From an uncultured Verrucomicrobiota bacterium (GTDB lineage Bacteria > Verrucomicrobiota > Kiritimatiellia > JAAZAB01): a stretch of 64,000 nt of DNA. Under the pieces are notes generated by a model. It did no database searches. It saw only the letters and a program-made list of their open reading frames with translations, and had not been told where the DNA came from. The position numbers and the translations under genes were made by a program. Below are positions 8,696 through 18,787 of the stretch, in pieces (positions within the stretch are counted from its first letter, which is position 1; every line of letters starts with the position of its first letter). The stretch covers positions 119,976 through 183,975 of the forward strand of contig CAYUHK010000001.1 in NCBI GenBank assembly GCA_964444425.1, given 5' to 3'.

Positions 8696-9170
8696 TATCG
8701 CTTAGTCGTTTATCTTCTATGGCTGTCGGAGGCGAACGTAAAACAGATAATAGATAGATGATAACACCGAGACAAATAGCAGCATCGGCAAAGTTAAAGG
8801 CTGGCCAATGGTTAGCCTGCCAATAAAAATCAATAAAGTCAATTACCCAGCCCAATCTAATGCGATCAATTAGATTGCCTATTATCCCTCCGATCATAAG
8901 CCCCAGGGCTACCCGGTATATCCCACGCTGATCCACTAACCAGCGATAAAATACAGCGATCAGCAATAACACTAGCAAGGACAAGAGAACCAGCCATTCA
9001 TTATGACTTTGAAACATGCCCCAAATTGCGCCAGTGTTTCTAAGGTGGGTCAAATTTAAACAGCCCACTATAAGCGGATGCGATTCGCCTAATAGCAATG
9101 CTTGTCGAAGAACGGTCTTCGTAACCTGGTCCAGCAAAACAACAACTAAGCCTATTACAATGACAATCAT
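8673..9170 (-). CDS. lspA: Lipoprotein signal peptidase (signal peptidase II)
   Basis: Four TM segments. Conserved NTGAIWGMF and FNFADAAI motifs. 165 aa. Confidence 0.9.
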   Translation of the reverse strand: MIVIVIGLVVVLLDQVTKTVLRQALLLGESHPLIVGCLNLTHLRNTGAIWGMFQSHNEWLVLLSLLVLLLIAVFYRWLVDQRGIYRVALGLMIGGIIGNLIDRIRLGWVIDFIDFYWQANHWPAFNFADAAICLGVIIYLLSVLRSPPTAIEDKRLSDIDPSSTA

Positions 9171-9254
9171 AGCCTGAAAAACACTTGTGCCGGCGAACTC
9201 AGTTTAGGTAGGAATGTTAAAAAAACTAAGTTTAACCAAGAAAGCTATCCACTG

Positions 9255-9866
9255 CTATTCATCGTCGCCACTGATTTCCGTAGCTATCTTGTCATCACCG
9301 GGAAAGAGAGGCAGCGCCTCCGTGATGCGCTGGTGCTTACGTCCTGCTTCCATCTTGGCTTGACAGGCAACGCATAAACGAGAATAGGGCAGAGCTTGCA
9401 TTCTAGCTTGTTCTATTGTGCATTTGCAGCTTTCACAAACTCCGTATGCTCCTATCTGTATGCGGTGCAGCGCCTGATCAATCTCAAAAATGATATTTTG
9501 TTCCTGGCTTACGCGATGCAGAGCAAAATCGCGGTTATAATGATCAGTGCCCTGCTCCTCTGAGCGAAAATCAACTTCGGCGTCGTTGGCATGGCGGCTT
9601 AAATTATCTGAAGCCAAAAAGTTGATCTGCCGAGTGAGCCGATCTCGCAAGTGCACTAAAGCTTCATAAAGATGACGATACTTTTTAGGGATTCTGATCT
9701 TAGAAACTTTGCTAATCGGCGATAGCTTTACCTTGCTCTTGGACGATAGCTTTACCTTGCTCTGCTTAGCGCCTTTTGATGGAACCTTAGGCAATGCAAG
9801 GCGCGAGCGTTTTTTAACTTTGATTGGAGTTGATCGCTTCTTGACAGCGGTATTTTTTTTCTTCAC
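9255..9866 (-). CDS. DksA/TraR-family C4 zinc-finger protein with a Lys-rich N-terminal tail
   Basis: C-terminal CESC-x17-CVAC zinc finger preceded by a coiled-coil region, as in DksA/TraR. The ORF-track start (9986) is TTG with no SD. I prefer GTG at 9866 with GAGGA 7 nt upstream, but the start is uncertain. Confidence 0.7.
   Translation of the reverse strand: MKKKNTAVKKRSTPIKVKKRSRLALPKVPSKGAKQSKVKLSSKSKVKLSPISKVSKIRIPKKYRHLYEALVHLRDRLTRQINFLASDNLSRHANDAEVDFRSEEQGTDHYNRDFALHRVSQEQNIIFEIDQALHRIQIGAYGVCESCKCTIEQARMQALPYSRLCVACQAKMEAGRKHQRITEALPLFPGDDKIATEISGDDE
9721..9763. repeat. 24-bp-period tandem duplication (GATAGCTTTACCTTGCTCT twice) inside the DksA-like gene
   Basis: Perfect 19-nt copies at 9721-9739 and 9745-9763. 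On the coding strand they encode KSKVKLSS/KSKVKLSP. Confidence 0.9.
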
Positions 9867-10081
9867 CAAGCATTCCTCAATAAAAATATCGTTTTTATCT
9901 TCGGCATTTTTAAAAACCTGACTTAACACGCAGTGTGGCATATGAACAGGAACCATGTGCCAGCGCTGCCGCCCATATAATGCCAAGTTTAAATAACGCT
10001 AATCCAAAGAAGGCTAACAAGTCTAACCTATGCTGTCAACACACCGTGCCGCCGCGCTGAAAACAATCATTGGCTAAAAAG

Positions 10082-11017
10082 CTATTCTAAAGGCTTGGCA
10101 TAAAATGGATAAGCAGCAGCCGCTCCTGAAGGTATATGTTTCCAACGTTTATACATCCACAGCCACTGTTCCGGATGCTTGCGTATTTCCTGCTGAAACA
10201 AATTAGCTATGGCCTGAGTTAGATCGTGTATACGGTTAGCGCCTGTAAAGGTTTCCGGGTTCAAAGGCGGCAAGGCGTATATACAATAAGTTCCATCCGG
10301 CTTGGCTAAGCAAAACATCATTATAATAGGCGCGCCGGTTCGGTCGGCCAAGATGGCTGGAGCAGTGGTTATAGGAACGGGCAATCCAAAGAAATCCACA
10401 AAAACTCCACCGTCAACCGGTTTGACATTCTGGTCCGTAACCAGTGCTATATGCTGTTTCTGCTTGAGAGCCCGCAATAGCCCGCGCACCGCACCCGCCT
10501 GAGGAATAATAGTTACACCGCTTAAAGTCCGATAATGCTGGAAAATCCGTTCTATGCCCGGATTGATTAAGGGCGCGGCCACAGCGGCGATAGGATAACC
10601 ACGGGCCACCAGTCCACGTCCCAATAGCTCCCAGCTTCCAAAATGAGCGGTTAGCCCAATCATCGGCGCTGTATAAACATAGTTCTTAACCTGTTGATCA
10701 AACGCCAGATAACGAGATAGACGCTTCTCGGTTTTCCGGCAAAACCAAATCATATCCAGAACTGTCCGAGTCATTATTTCAAAGGCTTGCCGCGCCAAAC
10801 GGCGTTTTTCATATAGAGATAAAGAGTCTTGGAAAGCTAGATCTAAGTTTGCTAGGGCAATTTTGCGAGATTGCCGTGCCAAATAATATCCCCCGCTACC
10901 GGCCAGGCGCGCCATAAGCAGTAGAAAACCACGTGGCCAAAAAGGAATCGTGATTAGCCCGAGTCGGACTAGCATGGTTTCGCAGGCCCAGCGCATTCTC
11001 TTAATAAAGTGATTCAC
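10082..11017 (-). CDS. Lipid A biosynthesis (LpxL/HtrB-type) lysophospholipid acyltransferase family protein
   Basis: N-terminal membrane anchor, acyltransferase motif AHFGSWEL, and family-typical C-terminus HPEQWLWMYKRWK. 311 aa. Confidence 0.75.
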   Translation of the reverse strand: MNHFIKRMRWACETMLVRLGLITIPFWPRGFLLLMARLAGSGGYYLARQSRKIALANLDLAFQDSLSLYEKRRLARQAFEIMTRTVLDMIWFCRKTEKRLSRYLAFDQQVKNYVYTAPMIGLTAHFGSWELLGRGLVARGYPIAAVAAPLINPGIERIFQHYRTLSGVTIIPQAGAVRGLLRALKQKQHIALVTDQNVKPVDGGVFVDFFGLPVPITTAPAILADRTGAPIIMMFCLAKPDGTYCIYALPPLNPETFTGANRIHDLTQAIANLFQQEIRKHPEQWLWMYKRWKHIPSGAAAAYPFYAKPLE

Positions 11018-11057
11018 GCTATCGCCTACAAAAATGCCTAGAGCTATCCAATCATAG

Positions 11058-11130
11058 TGAGCCGGGCGGGATTCGGACCCGCGACCCCAGCATTAAAAGT
11101 GCCGTGCTCTACCAGCTGAGCTACCGGCCC
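11058..11130 (-). tRNA. tRNA-Lys (anticodon UUU)
   Basis: Hand-folded cloverleaf: GGGCCGG-TA-GCTC-AGCTGGTA-GAGC-A-CGGCA-CTTTTAA-TGCTG-GGGTC-GCGGG-TCCGAAT-CCCGC-CCGGCTC-A. 73 nt with no encoded CCA. The T-loop has C at position 55. Confidence 0.85.
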
Positions 11131-11463
11131 GCCATGATTCTTGAAGCAAGCAGTCGCAAACCGAAGAACCCTAGACCAAAACCTAGCAGCTTGTCAAAAA
11201 CAATCCTAAGCAGCATGCAAAATACTTATTGCGGACGGCGATAGCAAACATATGAGATTCAGCGGGCTATCGTGGGCCAACGGCAACAGCTAAGTCAGAG
11301 AATATATTGACGCGCTCATCAAGCTGAAGCATGAAATCATCCAACTAGTTGCGCCCAATTGAGCCATGTTATCTGCTAAATTTAATTAGCAAAAGTTACT
11401 GGCAGTCACAGCACATTAGCGCCATTACCACCATCTGTTGAAAGATCCTGTTTCTTTAAAGTT

Positions 11464-13995
11464 TTAGCGCCGCGCCGTTCCTGGCGCAGGTGTCTGGGTT
11501 TTATTTAGCCGACGAATCAACATCATCACTGGCGTAGCCATATAGATGGTAGAATAAGTCCCCGAGATAATGCCGATAAAGAAAATAAAGGCAAAATCGT
11601 TGATCGCGCCACCGCCAAAAATCAATAACATCAGCACCGCTAAAAATACGGTAGTGGAAGTTAAAATCGTTCGGCTGAGAGTTTCGTTGATGCTCATGTT
11701 ACAGATCTGCACAAATGGAGCATGAGGCATAGCCTTGAGTTTCTCGCGAATGCGATCAAAAATGACAATGGTATCATTGATGGAGAACCCAATGATGGTT
11801 AAAATAGCGGCGATGATCGTCATGTCAATCTGCCGGCCAAAATAACAATATATCCCAACGCTAATCAGCACATCATGGATCAAGGCAACCACCGCGCCAA
11901 CCGCATAGGCGAATTTAAACCGACAGGATATATAGATAATCATTCCTACCAACGACAGGATGAGGGTCCCTAGCGCCCGACGAGCCATTTCTTGGCCAAC
12001 TTGCGGCCCGATAACATCTTCGCTAAGTACGCTGAAGCCGGCCGCATTGAAAGCGGTCAAAAGGGCATCTTTAGCTTTAGCGCTACTGGCATAGGGAACT
12101 CGAACCTGTAGGTATTCCACCGGTTTATCCATAACCTTTTGGTATTGAATAAGCGTCTGGCTGATGCCTGCGGAAGCTAGCACGTCGCGAATTTTATCCA
12201 CATCTTGCTTTTGTGTGAAAGTAAAGGTCACGGCGGCCCCGCCCGTGAAATCTGTGCCTACTATGCGCGCTGGATCCTGCCATAGGTTATAGCCAATTTG
12301 CGCCCAAGTTCCTATGATCAGCAAGAGCGAGATGAGCATAGCTATTTTTCCAGCGCCGATAAAATTGATTTGAGTTGGTTTTACGAAGTTCATCATCCTC
12401 AATGTGGACAATGAGGTATGCTTCGTGATCTGGTTAAAAATCATGCGAGTAAGCACTAGAGCCGTATACATGCTCACCATGATGCCGGCTGTGAGGGTGA
12501 TTCCAAATCCGCGCACCGCTCCTGTTCCAAAAATAAACAGAATGATCGCCGCCATGACCGTGGTCAGGTTGGAATCTAAGATGGTGATAAAGGCTTTATG
12601 ATAACCGCCCTCGATGGCCGCGCTTAAGCGTTTGCCTAAGTTTTGTTCTTCGCGGATCCGCTCAAAGATCAGCACATTAGCATCCACGGCCATGCCAATG
12701 GTCAAAGCAATGCCGGCAATTCCCGGCAGCGTTAGAACCGGCAAGCCAATGCTGGCTTGGCCAGTGCTGCTGGAAAATAGCCCCATGACGCCGGCCGTGA
12801 TCATCATCGCCAAAGGCAATAACAACATATTAAACAACAAGCCGATGTTCGCGACTATACCGCCCAAAAGATAATAGCCGACCATGAAGATGACCACGAT
12901 AATGCAACTATAAATCGTGGCCCGAGTCCCGCTTTCGATTGAATCGCGCCCAAGCGACGGGTCAACCATCTGGGTTTCGATTATGTTTACCGGGGCTGGC
13001 AAAGATCCCGAGCGCAAAACAATGGCTAATCCTTGAGCCTCAGCTAGCGTAAAGTTTCCCTCGATTATTGCTTCGCCGCCGTAAATCGCTGTTTTGAGGA
13101 AGGGAGCCGAATACAATCGACCATCCATGATAATGGCCATATAACGCCGACCCTCCGGATTGGGATTGCGGGCGCCGCCAGGAGCGTAATCCGAGGTAAC
13201 TCGCGCAAATTTACGCGCGCCTTTTTTATCAAACGCCAAGGTTATATACGGCCGACTTAGTTGATCATATTCCACACCAGCTTTTTTTAGCGCATCGCCT
13301 TTCATCTCATAGCGCTGTCTAACAAAATAAGGGATGAATACTTTATGCCCGTCCATCGTTTTTTCTTCGAGCATAAAACGATAACCGGGCGGCGCTTGAA
13401 AGCGTTCTAGGCGCGAGCGAAAATCTGCATCAATAGACCCATCGGAAACGGCCTGTAAATCGCGCTGATAGTAATCGCCCAAACCAGCGTGACCATCCAG
13501 AGAGACAATGCGATATCCTTCTGGCGCCAAACCACGATCGAATAGCGACCTAACGAGCTTGGCGTTATCCTCATGCACCATGGCAAACTCAAGAAAGGCC
13601 GCGCTTTGAATTAGACTGGCGGCACGGGCGCGATCATCCTCTTTCAATCCTGGCAACTGCACAATGATGCGATCATTTTTCTCAGGATATATCTGCGGCT
13701 CAGCAACGCCAATGGCATCCACGCGATTGCGAATTATTTCCAGGGCCTGCTCCTGGGCGCGTTTGACGGCCGCGGGAATGCGGCCGCGAATCTGTTCGTC
13801 GGATAATTCTTTATATTCATCGCGCAGTTGTTTCTCGATTTCCGCTTGATCAATCTGGATGGTGAAACTAGTGCCGCCCTTTAAATCTAACCCCAGCTTA
13901 ATTTTTTTTGATGGCGGTATCACCAGGGCCAGAGACCAGGCGGTTAGAGCTATCAACACCAGCCATTTCCACAAGGTATGCTTATCCATGGCCAA
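11464..13995 (-). CDS. secDF: Protein translocase subunit SecDF (fused)
   Basis: 843 aa. N-terminal TM, a large periplasmic head, a 5-TM block, then a second periplasmic domain and 6-TM SecF part. It follows yajC as in the conserved tgt-yajC-secDF order. Confidence 0.9.
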   Translation of the reverse strand: MAMDKHTLWKWLVLIALTAWSLALVIPPSKKIKLGLDLKGGTSFTIQIDQAEIEKQLRDEYKELSDEQIRGRIPAAVKRAQEQALEIIRNRVDAIGVAEPQIYPEKNDRIIVQLPGLKEDDRARAASLIQSAAFLEFAMVHEDNAKLVRSLFDRGLAPEGYRIVSLDGHAGLGDYYQRDLQAVSDGSIDADFRSRLERFQAPPGYRFMLEEKTMDGHKVFIPYFVRQRYEMKGDALKKAGVEYDQLSRPYITLAFDKKGARKFARVTSDYAPGGARNPNPEGRRYMAIIMDGRLYSAPFLKTAIYGGEAIIEGNFTLAEAQGLAIVLRSGSLPAPVNIIETQMVDPSLGRDSIESGTRATIYSCIIVVIFMVGYYLLGGIVANIGLLFNMLLLPLAMMITAGVMGLFSSSTGQASIGLPVLTLPGIAGIALTIGMAVDANVLIFERIREEQNLGKRLSAAIEGGYHKAFITILDSNLTTVMAAIILFIFGTGAVRGFGITLTAGIMVSMYTALVLTRMIFNQITKHTSLSTLRMMNFVKPTQINFIGAGKIAMLISLLLIIGTWAQIGYNLWQDPARIVGTDFTGGAAVTFTFTQKQDVDKIRDVLASAGISQTLIQYQKVMDKPVEYLQVRVPYASSAKAKDALLTAFNAAGFSVLSEDVIGPQVGQEMARRALGTLILSLVGMIIYISCRFKFAYAVGAVVALIHDVLISVGIYCYFGRQIDMTIIAAILTIIGFSINDTIVIFDRIREKLKAMPHAPFVQICNMSINETLSRTILTSTTVFLAVLMLLIFGGGAINDFAFIFFIGIISGTYSTIYMATPVMMLIRRLNKTQTPAPGTARR

Positions 13996-14355
13996 TTATC
14001 CCTTCAAATCCGTAGCAACGATTTCGTCTTTTTGCAAAACGCGCACTACCGCGCCCTTGATAACTTCGACCTTTGTGTTATCTGCTATTTTAATAACAAA
14101 TACTTGTTCTTTAACATTGGCAACCATGCCCACAAACCCGCCGCCAAAAATAACGCGATCACCAGATTTAATTTGGCTGATCAGGGTTTTACGTTCTTTT
14201 TCCTTGCGCTGTTGAGGCCGGATCATCATGAAATAAAAAAGCCCAGCCATGATAACCAGCCAGCCAATCAGCACCATAGGAGACTGTTGCCCTTGCCCGG
14301 ATCCTCCAGGCCCGCCGGCCATTGCCAAAAACGTGGGAAACAATGTAGCTATCAT
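13996..14355 (-). CDS. yajC: Preprotein translocase subunit YajC
   Basis: Single TM followed by MIRPQQRKEKERK...GDRVIFGGGFVGMV. Lies between tgt and secDF. Confidence 0.85.
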   Translation of the reverse strand: MIATLFPTFLAMAGGPGGSGQGQQSPMVLIGWLVIMAGLFYFMMIRPQQRKEKERKTLISQIKSGDRVIFGGGFVGMVANVKEQVFVIKIADNTKVEVIKGAVVRVLQKDEIVATDLKG

Positions 14356-14382
14356 AAGCCCTCCTCAAGGCGTTATTATCCA

Positions 14383-15531
<1,149 letters not shown>

Positions 15532-15582
15532 TTAAACAACGCCAAAGTCAATGATAGACGGCGGCGTTTTGATGCTAAAGCC

Positions 15583-15623
15583 AAAAGACAATGGATGGGC
15601 AGGAAGGATACACCTGCCCATCC
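15583..15623 (-). terminator. Rho-independent terminator after the ferredoxin gene
   Basis: Minus strand has an 11-bp perfect stem GGATGGGCAGG-9 nt-CCTGCCCATCC followed by ATTGTCTTTTGGCTTT, 10 nt after the stop. Confidence 0.6.
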
Positions 15624-15632
15624 GCAATTAAT

Positions 15633-15821
15633 TTATTCTTCGATTTTAATAGCTTCTACCGGGCAATTATTAGCAGCTTCCTGGCAAGACTCTTTGAGCT
15701 CTGAAGGAACCTCTGCTAATTTAACCTTGGCAACAGCATCATCCATTTCAAATACTTCCGGACAAGTATCCACGCAAATGCCACACCCGGTGCAAGTATC
15801 CTGATCTACTGTAACTTTCAT
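15633..15821 (-). CDS. Small [4Fe-4S]/[3Fe-4S] ferredoxin
   Basis: 62 aa with CTGCGICVDTCP ... CPVEAI cysteine pattern. AAGGAGG SD upstream. Confidence 0.85.
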   Translation of the reverse strand: MKVTVDQDTCTGCGICVDTCPEVFEMDDAVAKVKLAEVPSELKESCQEAANNCPVEAIKIEE

Positions 15822-15950
15822 AAATGAATCCTCCTTAATTTATTATTGCCCTAATGGCATTAAAGCTATCGTTTTTACTCGCCGCTGACAAATAAAAAAT
15901 TAATGGCACCAATCTTTATACTCGATCGAAGTTACAAGAGCTGGCCTCAC

Positions 15951-15984
15951 AAAAAGAAAGCCTCTTCCTGGAGCACCGAGAGGC
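15951..15984 (-). terminator. Rho-independent terminator after the DUF721 gene
   Basis: Minus strand reads GCCTCT-13 nt-AGAGGC followed by TTTCTTTTT. Confidence 0.5.
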
Positions 15985-16012
15985 CCCATGCCTAACGGGA
16001 TAAGAAATGCGG

Positions 16013-16450
16013 CTAAGCCAAAGGATCTTTCTTAAGGACAGCCTGAGGATCAACTTGGAATCGAATAGATTGGACCTGATCCTGCCCCAAACGTTGCTGG
16101 ATCTTGGCCAACATGGCTTGCCGTTCATAGCGAATCAGCTCATTCAGCCAGACCGAACTATCCACCGCTACTATGAGGTTTTTTCGATCCAGCCGCACTG
16201 GCCGAGCATGCCGCGCAATAGTATTGCCTACCAGGTCGACCCATTCCTGTTCTAGCTGGCGCCAGATGCTGCGCTCTCCTGTATTCATTTTGGAAAAAAT
16301 ATCCAAAATGGTTTGACGGATGTAATTATCTGATTGCGCTGGTGGCCGCGCCGCTCGTGTCAGACGGAAGCGTTCTCGTTCCTGCAGCCAATGCGACTTA
16401 TCATATCTTTTTAAGCTAGCCATAAAATTCCATTCACTGAAGCTTATCAA
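16013..16450 (-). CDS. DUF721/DciA-like protein
   Basis: WVDLVGNTIARHARPVRLDRKNLIVAVDSSVWLNELIRYERQAMLAKIQQRLG matches the pattern I recall for DUF721. The start is uncertain; an alternative ATG lies at 16423. Confidence 0.6.
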   Translation of the reverse strand: MISFSEWNFMASLKRYDKSHWLQERERFRLTRAARPPAQSDNYIRQTILDIFSKMNTGERSIWRQLEQEWVDLVGNTIARHARPVRLDRKNLIVAVDSSVWLNELIRYERQAMLAKIQQRLGQDQVQSIRFQVDPQAVLKKDPLA

Positions 16451-16499
16451 GCATGCTTTCGAATTGACAGGCTAAGCCGTATGTAACAAACTTTACATC

Positions 16500-17057
16500 A
16501 TGCGATGGCGCCAGACAAGCTCACGCGGACAAGATATCTTGCGACGCATAATCATTATCAGCCTAACAGCCATTCTGATGATCTGGGGCTTGTTTCATTG
16601 GCGCATGCATACCTATGATGCCGCCATCAACGAGGCCGCCCGGCTCTACGGAGTGGATGCTAGGCTTATTCGTTCGGTTATCTGGCGAGAGAGCCGCTTC
16701 AACCCACACCGAGTGGGCAAGCTTGGCGAAATCGGCTTAATGCAAGTCACTCAGCCAGCCGCTCAAGAATGGGCGGCGGCCAATCATGTACCCTCTTGCA
16801 CGCCACAAGATCTATTTCAACCTCAGGCGAACATCAAGGCTGGCACTTGGTATTTAAGCCGAGCAATTGAGCGTTGGTCATCCAAGCCCAATCCCCTGCC
16901 CTATGCCTTAGCCGAATACAATGCCGGGCGCTCGAACTCCTTACGCTGGGCAGCCTCGGATCAAGGCGACGCTAATAAATTCTGGAACGATATCACCTAT
17001 CCCTCCACACGCCGCTATGTGCAAGATATACTCACTTACTATCGCGGACATCGCTAA
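16500..17057 (+). CDS. Lytic transglycosylase (SLT domain), membrane-anchored
   Basis: N-terminal TM. ESRFNPHRVGKLGEIGLMQV catalytic-Glu motif and AEYNAG. The 3' end overlaps the convergent msbA by 26 nt. Confidence 0.8.
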   Translation: MRWRQTSSRGQDILRRIIIISLTAILMIWGLFHWRMHTYDAAINEAARLYGVDARLIRSVIWRESRFNPHRVGKLGEIGLMQVTQPAAQEWAAANHVPSCTPQDLFQPQANIKAGTWYLSRAIERWSSKPNPLPYALAEYNAGRSNSLRWAASDQGDANKFWNDITYPSTRRYVQDILTYYRGHR

Positions 17058-18783
17058 ACTGGAGATCATAGAGACGGCGGTAAACGCCGTTTAGTGCAAC
17101 CAATTTCTCGTGGGTGCCAGTTTCGACGATACGGCCGTGTTCCAGAACAATGATGGCTGAGCAATGCATAATCGTGGACAGCCGATGCGCAATGGCAAAT
17201 ACGGTACGCCCTTCCATGAGGTCATCTAGCGCCGCCTGGACCAGCCGCTCCGACTCAGTGTCTAACGCGCTGGTTGCTTCATCTAAAATAAGCAACGGTG
17301 GATTACGCAGAATCGCCCTAGCAATGGCCAACCGCTGACATTGCCCACCAGATAGCCGCAGGCCGCGCTCACCAATGACAGTATCATAACCTTCAGGCAT
17401 TTTAATAATGAATTCATGCGCATTGGCCCGCCGTGCAGCCTGCTCGATGGCCGCGCGCGTCGCTTCCCCATAGCCATAGGAAATATTGGACGCCACCGAA
17501 TCGTTAAACAAAATGGTATCCTGCGTCACCATGCCTATTTGTTGACGCAGCGAACTCACGGTGAACTCCCTGATATTGGTTTCGTTGAATAAGAGACGAC
17601 CAGAAGTTACATCATAAAATCGCAACAGCAAGTTGATCAGCGTCGTTTTACCAGCTCCTGAGCTGCCAACTAGGGCCACTCGCTGACCCGCTTTAACAGT
17701 GAAATCGATATCGCTCAATACGTTATGCTCATCATAGGCAAAGCTGACCTTATCAAAGCGAATGGTTTGAATAGGTCCCTTAAAGTCAATGGCGTCCGAT
17801 CGGTCAATGATCTGCGCCGGAGTATCTAATAGCTCAAAGATTCGGTCGGCCGAGGCCGAGGTCTGTTGTATTACTAAATGGATTTTACTCAATTTTTTGA
17901 CTGGCTCATATAGCATCATCATGGCAAAAGCAAATGTTAAAAAGTCCTGAAACGGCATTTGCACCCAACGGGCATAAAGCAATACCAGTGCCAAGCCCAG
18001 AAATGAAATAAACACAATCAGCGGCTCAATGCTGGCCTTGTCCCGAACCACCTGCATCAAGCGCGCGAAAAACAAGCGGCACTGGGAGTCAAATCGCTCT
18101 AATTCATAATGTTCCATGCCGAAAGCCTTGACGATCCTGATGCCCACCAAAGTTTCCTGCATAATGGTTACTAGCGCTGCCAAGCGTTTCTGCACATGAC
18201 GAGCATAGCGGCGCACCCGGCGACCAAAAAGTGCGAACGGCACAATGCAGATCGGAAACAAAACTAAACTGCCCAGGGCTAGTTTCCAATCCAGCCAGAC
18301 CAAAAAACCTGCCGCACCAATCAGTACAAAGGGCTGCTTAACCAAATCGCCGATCACCCCAGATACAGCCCTCTCTATCATAGATGTATCGTTGATCGTG
18401 CGCGAGATGAGCTCGCCGGTTTTGCTTTTTGAGAAGAAGCGAATTGAGAGATCTTGGAGATGAGCAAATAATTGAATGCGCATATCCATAACCACCCGGT
18501 TGCCTACCCATTCAATGAAGTAATCGCTGAGAAATTGGCCGAAGCCACGCGCGAAAGCCAACAGCGGCAGCAAAGCCGCAACTATGACAACTTTATAAAA
18601 TGCGGCGTATTGAAAAACATATTCAAGCACCTTGCGCGCGGTGACCAGCAGTCCGGTCGTAGATCCAGCAAATAAAATGCCGCACAAGCCGCCCACAATC
18701 AATCTGAACAGATAAGGGCGAGCATAGGCAATGAGGCGGCGATAAGCGACCCACTGTTTGGCTAAATCTTCTGGAGAGGACAT
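17032..18783 (-). CDS. msbA: Lipid A export ABC transporter MsbA-like (permease plus ATPase)
   Basis: Six-TM exporter domain plus NBD with Walker A GSSGAGKTT, signature LSGGQ and Walker B LLILDEATSALD. 583 aa. Confidence 0.8.
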   Translation of the reverse strand: MSSPEDLAKQWVAYRRLIAYARPYLFRLIVGGLCGILFAGSTTGLLVTARKVLEYVFQYAAFYKVVIVAALLPLLAFARGFGQFLSDYFIEWVGNRVVMDMRIQLFAHLQDLSIRFFSKSKTGELISRTINDTSMIERAVSGVIGDLVKQPFVLIGAAGFLVWLDWKLALGSLVLFPICIVPFALFGRRVRRYARHVQKRLAALVTIMQETLVGIRIVKAFGMEHYELERFDSQCRLFFARLMQVVRDKASIEPLIVFISFLGLALVLLYARWVQMPFQDFLTFAFAMMMLYEPVKKLSKIHLVIQQTSASADRIFELLDTPAQIIDRSDAIDFKGPIQTIRFDKVSFAYDEHNVLSDIDFTVKAGQRVALVGSSGAGKTTLINLLLRFYDVTSGRLLFNETNIREFTVSSLRQQIGMVTQDTILFNDSVASNISYGYGEATRAAIEQAARRANAHEFIIKMPEGYDTVIGERGLRLSGGQCQRLAIARAILRNPPLLILDEATSALDTESERLVQAALDDLMEGRTVFAIAHRLSTIMHCSAIIVLEHGRIVETGTHEKLVALNGVYRRLYDLQFSDVRDSK

Positions 18784-18787
18784 TAAA

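Noticed and set aside
11131-11463. 333-bp ORF-free spacer between secDF and tRNA-Lys, examined as a possible integration scar or small RNA (contains TGCTAA-N6-TTAGCA at about 11373-11392)
   Set aside because: There is no integrase, no direct repeat of the tRNA 3' end, no convincing promoter plus terminator pair, and no match to ncRNA motifs I can recognise by eye (tmRNA, RNase P, SRP, 6S).
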